Source: Octopus sinensis
Lineage: Eukaryota
DNA length: 64,000 nt
NCBI RefSeq assembly: GCF_006345805.1
Contig: NC_043013.1
Location: forward strand, 37,944,001-38,008,000
Direction of reading: 5' to 3'
Under the pieces are notes generated by a model. That model was given only the letters and a program-made list of their open reading frames with translations. It had not been told where the DNA came from and ran no database searches. This document shows positions 1 to 12,728 of this stretch, in pieces. How positions within the stretch are numbered: the stretch's first letter is position 1; every line of letters begins with the position of its first letter. A program made the position numbers and the translations under genes.

Positions 1-421
1 TAGGGATTGATGAAAATATTTATGTCTCCGAGAAAATTAGAAGGAAACACAGCAGGAGAGAGAGAGAGGAGAGCGGAAGAGACCGAGAAACCGAGAAAGA
101 GGGACAGAGAGACAGAGAGAGAGAGAGAGACAATGATAGATATAAAGAGGGAACAATAGATATATGAAAGACAAGAGTTATTACTGTACTATCCACACAA
201 TCTGTTGTATTATTTGCATAACAAGATTATACCATATATAATCAGTACGCAATTTATTCTGTAATATTTCCCCTGTCCTCACAGTATCATAATTAGCATT
301 AAACTACTGATTCTATGATTTTCAATACTTTATACTAATTTCTTTTGGCAAGAAAAGCAGATCACATGCCCTATTGATTGACAGAAAATTCTGAATTATT
401 TCTAATTTCAGGAAGTTTAAT

Positions 422-467
422 CTAATCCTTTGTTTCAGAGCTTTTACATGTATATATGCATGAACGA

Positions 468-500
<33 letters not shown>

Positions 501-1180
501 TGTATGTATGTATGTATGTATGTATGTATGTATGTATGTATGTATGTATGTATGTATGTATGTATGTATGTATGTATGTATGTATGTGCATGTATGTATA
601 TATGTATGAATGTATGTATGTAAGATAGAATACATGTGTATGTGTTTATGTAGGTGTTTATGTATGTATGCGTGTATGTATATCGATGAAGGCATGCATA
701 TATCTCTATCTCAATATAAATGAGTGATTGTGTGTATGTATGTATGTATGAATGTTTGCATGTATGTATGTATGCAAGAATGTATGTGTGCATGTGTGGG
801 CATGTATGAATGCGTCTTTGTATATATGTGTGTATGTATGTGTGTATGTAGTGTGTATGTATGTGTTATGTATATTTATGAATATCTATATCTCTATATA
901 AATATGTTTGTTTATGTAAGTATGTATGCGTGCATGTATGCATGTCTGTATGTATATATGTGTATATATGTAGTGTGCAAGTACGCATATATGTATATGA
1001 ATGCTTGCATATATTTATATATCTCTATTTAAATGAGTATGTGCGTGCATATGTGTATACCTGTGTGTATCTATATATATGCATAATTACACACAACTGC
1101 GTATGTACATGCATGTATGCTTTTATTTATGTATGTATGTATGTATGTACGTATCCATGGTGCACTCACACACACACACA
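422..1180. repeat. (TATG)n microsatellite grading into degenerate TATG/TG compound repeat
   Basis: Pure TATG run ~470-590, then degenerate TATG/TGTA units; source of the HTYI/MYVC-type ORFs. Confidence 0.95.
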
Positions 1181-1966
1181 TAAACACGCAATTATCCAGT
1201 TTAATCTATTTTATTAAGGTTTTATCGTGTCTGTATATCAGACCCTAGTAATTCCTTTAAAGAAACAAATTTCCGAAGTTCACTTTTTTCCAGCTGTCTC
1301 AGCCTCATATTCAGGATATAAATCGGTGCTGGTTTCTTTACTGGCATTACTTGTAGTCTTTAAGTTATAACATCTGCCTAGACAAAATTCTGGTTATAAG
1401 GTCTTCATTAACAGAAGATGCTTATAAATTCTCTTATATATTATGTCGACGGAAAATATTTTGAACCGAGCTTCAAGGAATACAACTCGTTTGAAGAAAA
1501 CTCATTGTGTTCCGATATTATACATATGCGTATCCATATGTGTATCCATATATCCGTACATTTTAGTTAGATAGTGCCTACTTAAGGAATTCGGATGGTC
1601 AATATAGCTCGGTGACTGGTCGAATCATCTTATGATTCGGCTGCAGACAGACGAAATATGTTATAGGAACCAAGCTCTACGTTTAAAAGAGAAATCTATC
1701 TTCTTAAGAGAATGTAGCGGGTGAAAACATGCTCGCCTTGTTGGTCAAGCTATAACAGTAAATCGTGTATAAATATCGTTTTCTTTTTATATAGTCGTAT
1801 AAAATGGTATATATGTCATCTATAACGCTTCTATGTTTGCTTACCAGAAGCTTTGGACGTTGGAAAGAATTAGCGTCCACTCTTGGAATGTCTGTTTCGA
1901 TTTTGGGGTCTAATTTTAAAGTTATTTCAGTTTTACATTTTTTACTTATACAAGTGTAATTATAAT

Positions 1967-2527
1967 TAATCGGAACTCTAAAATTCTGCTGATTGAGTGC
2001 ATCACCATCATAAATAGTATTTACTCAAACTGGCATAGTATTACAAAATTTAGCAGGAAAAAATCGCCTATTATATCAGTTAAGTTAACCAAAATGCAAA
2101 TATATGGGAAACTACCACCTGTGTCATCTCTTGTGAAAGGTAAGAGAGTCCAGTTTGCTGGACATTGTTGTAGAGCTGAAAAAGAGGTAATTTCTACTCT
2201 TCTCCTCTGGAAGCCATCTACCCGCAATACCAGAGGGCGCACACTCTCCTACCCTGATGTAATCTCCAGGGATACAGACATCCAGCAACAGGACCTTGGT
2301 AATGCCATGATGGACCGTGAAGTCTGGCGTAGCATGGTAAATTTCATAGTCTCGACCACGGTCGTACAATGATGATGATGATGTAATTATAATAATCACC
2401 AATGAAGTACTTAACTGATATAATAGACGATTTTTTCCTGCTAAATTTTGTAATACTATGCCAGTTTGAGTAAATACTATTTATGATGGTGATGCAGTGA
2501 ATCAGCAGAATTTTAGAGTTCCGATTA
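1967..2527. repeat. ~118-bp inverted repeat pair (1967-2085 / 2409-2527) enclosing a LINE fragment
   Basis: Left arm aatcggaactctaaaattctgctg...tatatcagttaagt is the reverse complement of right arm acttaactgatataat...ttttagagttccgatt, with about 3 mismatches. Confidence 0.95.
2086..2385 (+). mobile_element. 5'-truncated LINE (RTE-like) 3' end with (ATG)n tail
   Basis: ORF 2094-2372 (..RVQFAGHCCRAEKEVISTLLLW..DREVWRSMV) resembles the C-terminus of RTE-type ORF2. It ends in hairpin cgacc-ac-ggtcg plus (atg)n. A second copy lies at 54737-54975. Confidence 0.75.
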
Positions 2528-3234
2528 AATTGTCGTACAGTGTATGGCTATGCGTATTAGCGTTTTCCGGTGTAATCCTTTTAGGGACTTTATCCTTCGT
2601 AGGTTCAGGTTTAATAAGATACTGGCGGAGACTAGACTATGTATGATATTTTATGGAATTTAGCAGACACCAGACTTCTAAATATATTACACTTAATTTT
2701 TGAAAGCAACGTTGTCTAAATAAGTTTATTTGTGACAGAAAAAATAAGATAACGTGATTCATGAAATTAAATAAACAGCGATATAAGAGAAAGAAATAGA
2801 TAATGAGGAGAAAATATGTTAAAAGAAAACAAACATATAGATAATAGCATTCTAACATGTCTACACTGACTAAGAGCTGTAAAATGAAAATAACAATGTA
2901 CGTAGATTTCTAGATGGGGAACTAGATTGCATATTTTAGTATAAGAAAGATGCCAATGATATTCATCGATGATGCTTTCTGATTAATATTGAACTTTGAA
3001 TACTAAAATTCAAATTCAACGACAGAAGAAATCGAAATCAGAATATAGAGGAACATAATTAAATACTGCAAACATTTGCTCAGATTCATGACTATCTTTG
3101 ACACACTGGTACATTTTGCATTCTACTATTTTTAAATATGTTTAATCCAATAATGCTGGCTTTTAGCACAATCGGTCGACCACTAAATTTGGAGATATTG
3201 TCGACGACTAAATTGAATTGAGCGCTTAACCAAT

Positions 3235-3400
3235 TCTTATGTCCTTTCACATACAGGCACAAGGCCTGAAATTTTGCTAGAAGAGGATAGTTTATGATAT
3301 TGGCGCCATTACTTTCCTGGTGCATACTTTATTAACCTTCGAGGGTTGAAAGGCAAAGTCGACTCGGCGAATTATGTATCGGAATGTGATGAGACGTTAT
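3235..3400 (-). mobile_element. Degenerate tRNA-derived SINE, family A
   Basis: Contains ttgaaaggcaaagtcgactcggcga and caaggcctgaaattttg, matching family A copies elsewhere in the window. Confidence 0.6.
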
Positions 3401-4235
3401 ATATCAGAACGTGATGAGGAAATGCTGTTAAGTATATTGCCCAACACGCTAACGAGTTTATCAGTTCACTGCCTTACCAGTACTTATAAAATCGAAGCCG
3501 GAAAGATGAAAGGTAAAGCTAGAATGTGTGAGTTTCTGATTCAGAATAAAAATGGATACAAATCAACCCTGAAGCTCTGACATTTTATAAGTCCATTAGT
3601 CTAAAACTATTTTACTATGTGACTGATAATTATTACTAATTGGGAGACAGAGTTTAAAGCTCAATACAAAGGGCATCATTTATTATATGACACTCACAAG
3701 CACTTCGAAAAAGTATGTGGTAAAGTTTGGCTGTCATTCCTATCGGGTGGAGTTTCTACGTGATTGAGTGAGAGATACGCTGAGTGAAAATGTATTGTTC
3801 TTTTTTTTTAATAAGAGAAGTAGAGTGTGTGCCATAGCGAATGCCATATTTAATTATATGCTAAGAAGGTGTTGTCTATAACTATTTCAATTGCTGCGGT
3901 AAGAAAAAGGGAATTATTTTCACTTTATTAGTTGAAAATTAAAATTTGCATTTAAAAATTGAAAAATATTAAATATGCGAATATGAATAGCTGTAAAAGT
4001 TAAGAGAAATTTTTATATTCTTTATTTTGTAACAATATTCATTTTGTTTTCATTTAAAAGTACATTTTTTTCTTTCTATTGTTTACGATCGGAAATAGTT
4101 GAAAAAAAAAAATATATATAATTGTAAAGACTAAAAAATATTAGATTAACTAAGTGAGAAATAAAAAGAAATGAAATTAATTAGGTATTTAATTACAAAT
4201 CAGTACGCAAAGCAAATCAACTTTCACTTATTTCT

Positions 4236-4240
4236 AAATA

Positions 4241-4281
<41 letters not shown>

Positions 4282-4321
4282 AATAATGGTAATAATAATA
4301 ATGTGGATGAGGATGCTGATG

Positions 4322-4369
<48 letters not shown>

Positions 4370-4386
4370 TAATAATAATAATAATG

Positions 4387-4442
<56 letters not shown>

Positions 4443-4563
4443 GACAGTAACAATAGCTAGTTATTTTAATAATAATCTTAATAATACTAATTATGCCAAT
4501 GTGGAAAGACGCGAAATGGATTTCAATACTTTCATTGTTTAATTTCCACAAAAATATATATAT

Positions 4564-4607
<44 letters not shown>

Positions 4608-4645
4608 ATGTATACGTGTGCAAGCACATGTGTATGCAACTTTCT

Positions 4646-4685
<40 letters not shown>

Positions 4686-4814
4686 ATGTATATATATATA
4701 TATGTTCATAAGTACATGTGTATATATGTATGTCTATGTGCGCCTATAGATACAAAGAGTTCAGAGAGAGAAATATATGTTATTGCCGCTCTCTCTCTCT
4801 CTCTTTTTTTCCAT

Positions 4815-4869
<55 letters not shown>

Positions 4870-4894
4870 ATATATATATATATATTATATAATA

Positions 4895-4935
<41 letters not shown>
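4236..4935. repeat. Compound microsatellite block (AAT/GAT, TG, CT, TA)
   Basis: Direct inspection. Confidence 0.95.
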
Positions 4936-4940
<5 letters not shown>

Positions 4941-5210
4941 ACGGAAACACATATACATATGTATTTATGTCTGTACGTTTCCCATCGAATCATTCCATAT
5001 CTGTTTTATATCCCTTCAAAATAAATAGTGCTACTATTGAAAATTATAAACTAATAAAATTACAATATGTGTTTGATCTAATATATTGTCAGTGTTGCTA
5101 CTTCTCTCTCTTTTCCTTGTGTGTGTCTATACATTCAATAGTATATGTGAGTGTTTTTTGTACAAATGATAGTATATAGATGTACATGTATATGCACATA
5201 TATACATATT

Positions 5211-5254
<44 letters not shown>

Positions 5255-5679
5255 TAAGCATACACACGTATATGTATGTATATATATCTATACATTTATA
5301 CATGTGTGTATGTATATATATACGTGTGTGTGTGTATAGATATGTATGTATGTGTGTATGTCAGCATGTATGTATGTATATATGTATGTATGTATAATTA
5401 GCATAAAATTTCAAAATTAATTAAAATTGCTTTTAAACAATTAGCTAGAATTCGGAATGGAATTAATAGTTGGAATTTAGAATACGATCATTCAGCTCAG
5501 AATGTCAATTAAAGAAAAAAAATTATTTTATTGTTGTTGTTTTTATCTGTATGTGTCTATTAAATTTTTTTATTTAATGCCTTTTTCTTTTTCTTTTTTT
5601 AGTTCATAATTGAATTAGGGGGGAAAAAATAACAATTAAAATTTCGAAATTGGAGTTATTTGAAATAAAAAAAAACTAT

Positions 5680-5685
5680 ATATGA

Positions 5686-5743
<58 letters not shown>

Positions 5744-5784
5744 GTAATAATATTTTTTAATAATAATGATAATGATAATGATAC

Positions 5785-5823
<39 letters not shown>

Positions 5824-5844
5824 TAATAATAATAATAATGAATA

Positions 5845-5910
<66 letters not shown>
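5680..5910. repeat. (AAT)n microsatellite
   Basis: Direct inspection. Confidence 0.95.
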
Positions 5911-6574
5911 TAAAATTGGCGCTGTGAAAAACAATTGACAGAATATTGTGGAATACAATGAATAAAATATATATATAAAATAATGAAAACAAAAGAAGCA
6001 AATTATGAAAAAAATACAAATTATAAAAACAAAGTAAAACGTCTAAAAAATGAAAACAAAGTCGTTTTTTATTAATAATGATGCTGACAGCAATTGTAAT
6101 GGAAGTTGATAGAACAAAATAATAATAATAAAAAAACAACCGCAACAGCCACGATGATGATGTTGATGATGATGATGATGATGATGATGACGACGATGAT
6201 GGTGATGATGATGATTATGACGATGACGTTAATGACAATACTGTGACAATGAACTTGACCTATTTCAAAAATGTATAATTAGTGATTTGAAATGGAGGTG
6301 AGTTTCATCATCAATGTTTCGATTTAATACCTAATAAGACAAACTGGGAACAATTGGAATTGAAGTAAAACAAGAAAAGGCAATAATGCACTAGCATCAT
6401 CAACAAACACAGCAAGAACTACCACTTCTGCTGCTGCTACTACTACTACTACTACTACTGACTACTGAATACTACTATTGTAAATAATATGACTATAATC
6501 AGTATTGTAATAATGGCAGTAAAGTCATTATAAGAAAATAAGGAATCTGATTAGAAAATAATGAGTCTCATGTT

Positions 6575-6965
6575 TCTTATTTCTCATTTCTTTACTGCTC
6601 CCAAAGGGCTAAACACAGAGGGGACAAACAAGGACAGACAAACGGATTAAGTCGATTATATCGATCCCAGAGCGTAACTGGTACTTATTTAATCGACCCC
6701 GAAAGGATGAAAGGCAAAGTCGACCTCGTCGGAATTTGAACTCAGAACGTAGCGGCAGACGAAATACCTATTTCTTTACTACCCACAAGGGGCTAAACAC
6801 AGAGGAGGCGAACAAGGAGAGACAAACTGATTAAGTCGATTATATCGACTTCAGAGCGTAACTGGTACTTATTTAATCGACCCCGAAAGGATAGAACGTA
6901 ACGGCAGACGAAATACCGCTATGAATTTCGCCCGGCGTGATAACTTTTCTGCCAGCTCGCCGCCA
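6575..6965 (-). mobile_element. Family A tRNA-derived SINE with internal head-to-tail duplication
   Basis: Head ggcggcgagctggcagaaa..ttatcacgccgggcgaaa at ~6965; core gcctttcatcctttcggggtcgattaaataagtaccag present twice; junction aaagaaataggtatttcgtctg at ~6760-6780. Confidence 0.85.
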
Positions 6966-7744
6966 TATTAATGTGTCTCATGTTGATTGTGACCATGGTT
7001 GATTTTAAATAAGTCCTGAAGTGACCAGACTTGAAACTAGGGTCGATAGTATCGACCTCCATTACTTGAATGGTACTTTATGTTATCAACCCCGAAGATA
7101 TGAAAGGCGAATTCAACACCGGTGGGATTTGAACTTAGAAGATAATTCACCAAGTTGACTTCGTTTTTCATCCTTTCTTGTCGATGAAATAAAGTACCAG
7201 ATACTCACTGGAATCGATATAATCACCCAGTTCCTTCCTCTTCAACATTTCAGGCCTTGTGTCGCTTGGAGGAATTATTATAATAGAGAAATAGTAGTAA
7301 TTAGGAATGATAATTATAATTTGAATTTAGGAGTATAAAATATAATGAATAATGGGATAAACCAGGATATCCCATAAGTCAATATGTAAGTGAAGACCAA
7401 TGGCTGATTGGTGCGTCTTTCACACCATTCGCTGGAATCATGACATATATTGGGACTCGGAAATTTTCTTTTTAAGTTGAGATAGGATTTGCATTCTGAC
7501 CTTGTAAAACCCTTATCAGCAACGACTAACCAAATAGTCATGAGTTGGAGAGTTGCTACCTCCTGACTAGTGCTAAGGTTTCATCCGCCAGAAGTAGGAA
7601 ATTATCAGATGCATGGACGCGCTGGTAGAGCGTATCCCCCACCCATTTTATTACTATTATTCTGAAACAATGAAAGGCAAAATTGACATCTGCAGGAGTT
7701 GCATTTAAATGATAAAGGGATAGAAAAAAAATTTGGCAATGGAC

Positions 7745-8680
7745 ATCCCCACCCGCCTCCGTTCTAACGATTCTTCCAAATGGTCGACTACTTTCTCATA
7801 TCGGTATATTAGACTTAGAGTTAACTGCTTTCTTCCATTCTTAGGGCCTGCTTATAATTTCATTATTAATAGGGACACATTTAGGGACGCCAATTTTGCT
7901 GCTCTCATTCGCCTTTCATAAAATTACTAGTGAAGATTATTTCTATCCTTGTTCTCATCTTTCGCCTCAAATGGCTATTGAAGGAGTTAACGACTGTTTG
8001 GTCTGAGAATCAAAGCTTTGTCCCAAATCCTTATGTAACGTTCACCTCACAACGTCTTCCGCCATAACCAGCAATTAACAACAAAGAAATAGGTTCAAAA
8101 CTGACTTGGCTGATAGCTGGGTCCACTAATCAACAATGCACATAAACCCACATTTAACATACAGTAGATGAGTGCGTGATGCTCCATTTAGTGTTTCTGT
8201 TCACTTCATAGGCAGGCTCGGTTGCTAGTTACTACAACACGCCCATACTCGTAGAGTTTCTTTTATCCTAAACAAACTAACACCATTGGAACACAACTAA
8301 AACAAAGGACTTCGGACATCGTCCGTTATCTTTCATCTAAAATATCTCCAGAAGATAATACTCAAGCAGTTCACATATTTGCCATGAATAACTCCTAGGT
8401 CTTAGTTTCAGACTAACGTCATCGCTCAACTGTTGGCGTGCTGTGTACGCCTGGCAAAATTTCCGTTGTCAAAAGGGAAACTTCGCTCAGCGCTTAACAC
8501 AGGAATGTAACTTGCTCTAAAAGACAAACCACCCAAAATGTTTCGCACAGTTGGTAAACACACTTGCTCAAGGTCTACATCGTTGTCCAGAAAACTCTGT
8601 AGGTAAATGTGCTTCAGTAGGTGATTGCGCACCATCTGCCATTATTTTCCTATAACTCTTTGAATTGGTATTGTTAGGAG
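7745..8680 (+). pseudogene. Possible heavily decayed PIF1-family helicase fragment (Helitron-like source)
   Basis: Frameshifted segments in PIF1 motif order: VLTILPNGRLLSH (7761-7799, motif Ia-like), QRLPP (~8050, motif III-like), TSDIVRYLSSKISPEDNTQAVHIFAMN (8309-8389), LVN (~8551), FPITL (~8650). Confidence 0.4.
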
Positions 8681-9062
8681 ATTGTTGTGATTTTCGTTTA
8701 TGATATGAACAATATTTGTAAGGAAATTTTCCGAAAAAAGAAAATAAAAACCAAAATATTGGACCTGGTGTGTTAAACAAAAACGATTCAATTTGTGGGG
8801 CCTGGGGATATAGTACAAGATACTTGCTTAGGATACTGTGTTGCTGGACTGTACTCGTGGTTTTGAAGCGACCTTTTTAACCAGGCTATTGCAGTGTTTC
8901 ATTGTGAGTGTGAATGATTAGATAATTTGATAGATCGTACCAACATACGCACACATGTATTCACATACATACATACATACACTTACATATCTATGTTTGT
9001 GTTTGTGTCTGTATATACATATTTATATTATATTATATATATATATATATATATATACATAT

Positions 9063-9129
<67 letters not shown>

Positions 9130-9399
9130 CTTGCACACACACGCACATTTCAATTCGTGCGAGAATATCGACATAAACTAAGTTTGCATTTATGGAACTG
9201 GTTTGGCTATTTAATGCTTCTTAATATAATTTCCAAGATTTTTGTTATATTTCTCAAACATTTGTTTAATCAATTATATTTTCGAAGTGTTTAATTCATT
9301 TAGTAACTCATGAAGTGCTAATTGGTAGAAAATGTGAACATTTGACGGCATGGCATGAGAAGGAAACAATGAGGTGCTGGTATGTGTTTATGTTAGTAT

Positions 9400-10110
9400 A
9401 ATGGGAGGCAGAGATGGCGCTGAAGATGATGAGAACAGGGATGACGTTTGTGTTGATGATGAAGATGATAGCAATGGAGAATGTCATGACGACGACGTCG
9501 ATGATGGTGGTGGTGGTGATCGTGATGGTGGTGATAGTGGTAGTTTTGATGGTAGTGGTGATGGTGGGTGGTAGTGGTGGTGGTGGTGGTAGTGGTGATG
9601 GTGGTAGTGGTGGTGTTGGTGGTTATGGTGGTAGTAGTAGTGGTGGTGGTGGTGGTTGTAGTGGTGACAGTGGTGGTAGTGGTGGTGGTTGTGTTGGTGG
9701 TTATGGTGGTAGTAGTGGTGGTGATGGTGATAGTGGTGGTGGTGGTGGTGGTTATGGTGGTAGTAGTTGTGGTGGTAGTGGTGTTGTTGCTGTTCTTGTT
9801 GGTGGAGGTAATGGTGGTAGTTTTGATGATGATGAAGATGATGAAGATGATGAAGGTGGCAAAAATATTTATACTGAAGTTGAATCGTTTTGTAACTGCT
9901 GTCGCTAATGATGATAATGGTGCTGGTGATGGTAGTAACTATGCTGCTGCTGCTGCTGATGATGATGATGTTGATGATGTTGATGATGTTGATGATGATG
10001 ATGGGGATGATGGCGGTGGTGTTGTAGTGATGTTAATAGTAGTGTTGGTAGTGGTGGTGGTAATAGTGACGGTGGTGGTGGAGGTGGTGGTGATACCATC
10101 ATAGTGCCAC
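9400..10110. repeat. Compound GGT/GAT/TAG trinucleotide repeat
   Basis: Direct inspection; produces Gly-, Val- and His/Thr-rich ORFs in several frames on both strands. Confidence 0.9.
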
Positions 10111-10149
10111 TGGTGTTGTTTTTTTTTATTGTAGCGATGGCATCTATTC

Positions 10150-10748
10150 ACAAATACCTATTTCTTTACTAACCACAAGGGGCTAAACACAGAGAGGAAA
10201 AACCAAGGACAGGCAAACGGATTAAGTCGATTATATCGACTCCAGTGCGTAACTGGTACTTAGTTCAGTCCCACTGCGTGGCATCTTGGGCAAGTGTCTT
10301 CTGCTATAGCCCCGGACCGGCCAATGCCTTGTGAGTGGATTTGGTAGACGGAAACTGAAAGAAGTCTGTCGTATATATGTATATATATATATATATGTAT
10401 GTATGTGTGTGTGTTTGTGTGTCTCTGTTGGTCCCCCTAGCATTGCTTGACAACCGATGCTGGTGTGTTTACGTCTCCGTCACTTAGCAGTTCGGCAAAA
10501 AGAGAACCGATATAATAAGTACTGGGCTTACACAGAATAAGTCCCGGGGTCGATTTGATCGACTAAAGGCGGTGCTCCCGCATGGCCGCAGTCAAATGAC
10601 TGAAACAAGTAAAAGAGTATTTAATCGACCCCGAAAAGATGAAAGGCAAAGTCGACCTCGGCGGAATTTGAACTCAGAACGTAGCGGCAGACGAAATACT
10701 GCTAAACATTTCGCCTGGCGTGCTAACGATTCTGCTAGCTTGCCGCCT
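10150..10748 (-). mobile_element. Family A SINE split by a nested family B SINE
   Basis: Family A sequence gtaactggtactta|tttaatcgaccccg is interrupted between 10262 and 10620. Confidence 0.85.
10263..10619 (+). mobile_element. 5'-truncated family B tRNA-derived SINE (CORE-like middle)
   Basis: gttcagtcccactgcgtggcatcttgggcaagtgtcttct...ggcggtgctcccgcatggccgcagtcaaatgactgaaacaagtaaaagagta. Confidence 0.85.
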
Positions 10749-10859
10749 TACACAAATACCACTGTCTTTTGCTCTTTGTCAGTCATTCATTACATTGCGG
10801 TCATGCTGGTGCACCCGTTGAAGAAACATTTCGTCGAACGAATCAACTCCAATAGTTAT

Positions 10860-11050
10860 TGACTTTTAAGTCTGGTGCTTATTCTATATACGATGGTCTT
10901 TTTTTTTTCAGTTTACCTCTACCAAATCCACTCCCAAAATAATTGGTCGGTCAGGGGCTCTTGTAGAAGATACTTGCCCAAGGTAATACGCAGTGAAACT
11001 GAAGCCAAAACCATGTGGTTAGGAAGCAGGCTTGATATCTCACACAGCCT
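10860..11050 (-). mobile_element. Partial family B SINE
   Basis: ctaccaaatccactc...gaagatacttgcccaagg...aaccatgtggttaggaagc. Confidence 0.7.
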
Positions 11051-11123
11051 TGAATGATAACAATAGAACATGACGGAAAAAAATTGAACGTTTAAATTTA
11101 CATTCAGAGTGGAAGAAGATAAT

Positions 11124-11129
<6 letters not shown>

Positions 11130-11161
<32 letters not shown>

Positions 11162-11290
11162 GAAGGAAAGGCGGGAGAAAGAAATGGGAGGTGGAAGAAG
11201 AAGAAGAAGAAGAAGAAAAAGAAGAAAAAGAAGAAGAAAAAAAAAGAAGGAATAGAAGGAGAGGAAGTAGTAGTAGTTGTAGAAGGAGGG

Positions 11291-11332
<42 letters not shown>

Positions 11333-11430
11333 ACGAAGAAGACGAAGAACAAGAACAAGAAGAGTAAGGAGGAGGAGGAGGAGTATGGGGAGGGGGAAGG
11401 GGGATTAGAAGAGAAGAAGAAGAAGAAGAC
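11130..11430. repeat. Compound TA / AAG / TAG / GAG microsatellite
   Basis: Direct inspection. Confidence 0.9.
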
Positions 11431-11467
11431 GATTTCATGCCCTTTAGTGAACCATGTGCGTTTGTAT

Positions 11468-11661
11468 TAAGGGATGCTGAAAAGTTCCAGAATGGGCAGT
11501 TAATTATGATTTTATTCAACATATTCTTCTCTCAGATTCACACACTTATTGCAGCAATCCTTCAGCTTTTCTAAGCTCTGGAAAAGAACTGGTACGGTTG
11601 GGTCTCCATCCAGGCTTTTCGAGATACTCTTAAAGCCAGAAACTGTTCAGTACCCCTCGTA
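11468..11661. mobile_element. Mariner-type MITE (~190 bp)
   Basis: Imperfect TIRs taagggatgctgaaaagttccag / aaagccagaaactgttcagtacccctcgta, ending in TA. Confidence 0.65.
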
Positions 11662-12430
11662 TAATGCCACGTGCACAACAGTAAACTATGTAACCGATTC
11701 ACGTAAGTCAATAAATATTTGAGCGTTTCAGAAGTTCCTCATCCACTGTAATTCGTCTTCCACTGTGTGTTCACACAGAAAAGCGTAATACTACATGCGT
11801 CGGACACAGTAGTTCCGGACGTTCCAGACCTTGGAATACTCGATGTCCAGTCCGGTTAGTGCATTAAGTGATCAACTTTTAAGTGCCATAGCATTTGATG
11901 ATAGCAAGGATATATTACCTGATACTCCGTAAAAAGATCTTTGACACAAGAATGGCTAGGGCACAAATACTGATAGACAGGATGGCAGAGAAGTAATAGA
12001 CAGAAAAAGTGTTCGGATATAGTAATGTGTCTACCATTTGATGAATGTAATACTTATATAAGAATATACTGGCTAAGGTTACCATGTCAAGTTGAATAGC
12101 TACAATGGACAAGCGTATCTTATCGTACTAAATATGTTGTCAATCTGGTAGTGCTGAATACGCGACCTTTCTGTGGTTTCAGTAAGTCCTTAACTCATTT
12201 CCTTTACTAAGTGCTTATTGTAAGCTAATGGAATCTGTATTCCATCCTTTAATGCCAAACCCACAAGGACACTTCTTCCTGTTACTGCAGGGCATATCTT
12301 AACACCGACCACTTCACTCTATAGTTTACCTTACTCTCAGCTCGATGTCGAAATTGGGAACCTAAGCTTAGAGCTGGAGCAAGAATGACCATGCACATAT
12401 ATGTGCTGCTTTATGGGTTCGTTGAAGTTG

Positions 12431-12728
12431 TTTGTTCTTTCTCGAGCCATGCCTGGCTCATAGGGCCGGTTTCTCGGTTTACTTGGCGTATAGCATCCCC
12501 ACCTGGACGGGACGCCGGTCCGTCGCAGGTGAGCTGCAAGATGTAGGAGGAAAGAGTGAGAGAAAGTTGTGGCAAAAGAGTCAGCAGAACTTCGCCATTA
12601 CCTTCTGCCGGAGCCGTGTGGAGCTTAGGTGTTTCGCTCATAAACACACATCGCCAGGTCTGACATTCGAACCCGTCATCCCTAGACCGCGAGTCCGCTG
12701 CTCTAACCACTAGGCCATGTGCCTCCAC
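12431..12728 (-). mobile_element. tRNA-derived SINE, family C (V-domain-like middle), with 13-bp TSD
   Basis: Head gtggaggcacatggcctagtggttagagcagcggactcgcgg..ggttcgaa; middle tgcgacggaccggcgtcccgtccagg; TSD ttcgttgaagttg at 12418-12430 and 12729-12741. Confidence 0.85.

Noticed and set aside
9414-9908. Gly-rich 164-aa ORF resembling a structural protein
   Set aside because: It lies wholly within a GGT/GAT/TAG compound repeat with overlapping Val-, Thr- and His-rich ORFs, and has no signal peptide or splice context.
12660-12728. tRNA genes at SINE heads (also 49095, 56340, 63900 and family A/B heads)
   Set aside because: A/B-box-like sequence continues directly into SINE bodies, some with TSDs; no complete cloverleaf was found.
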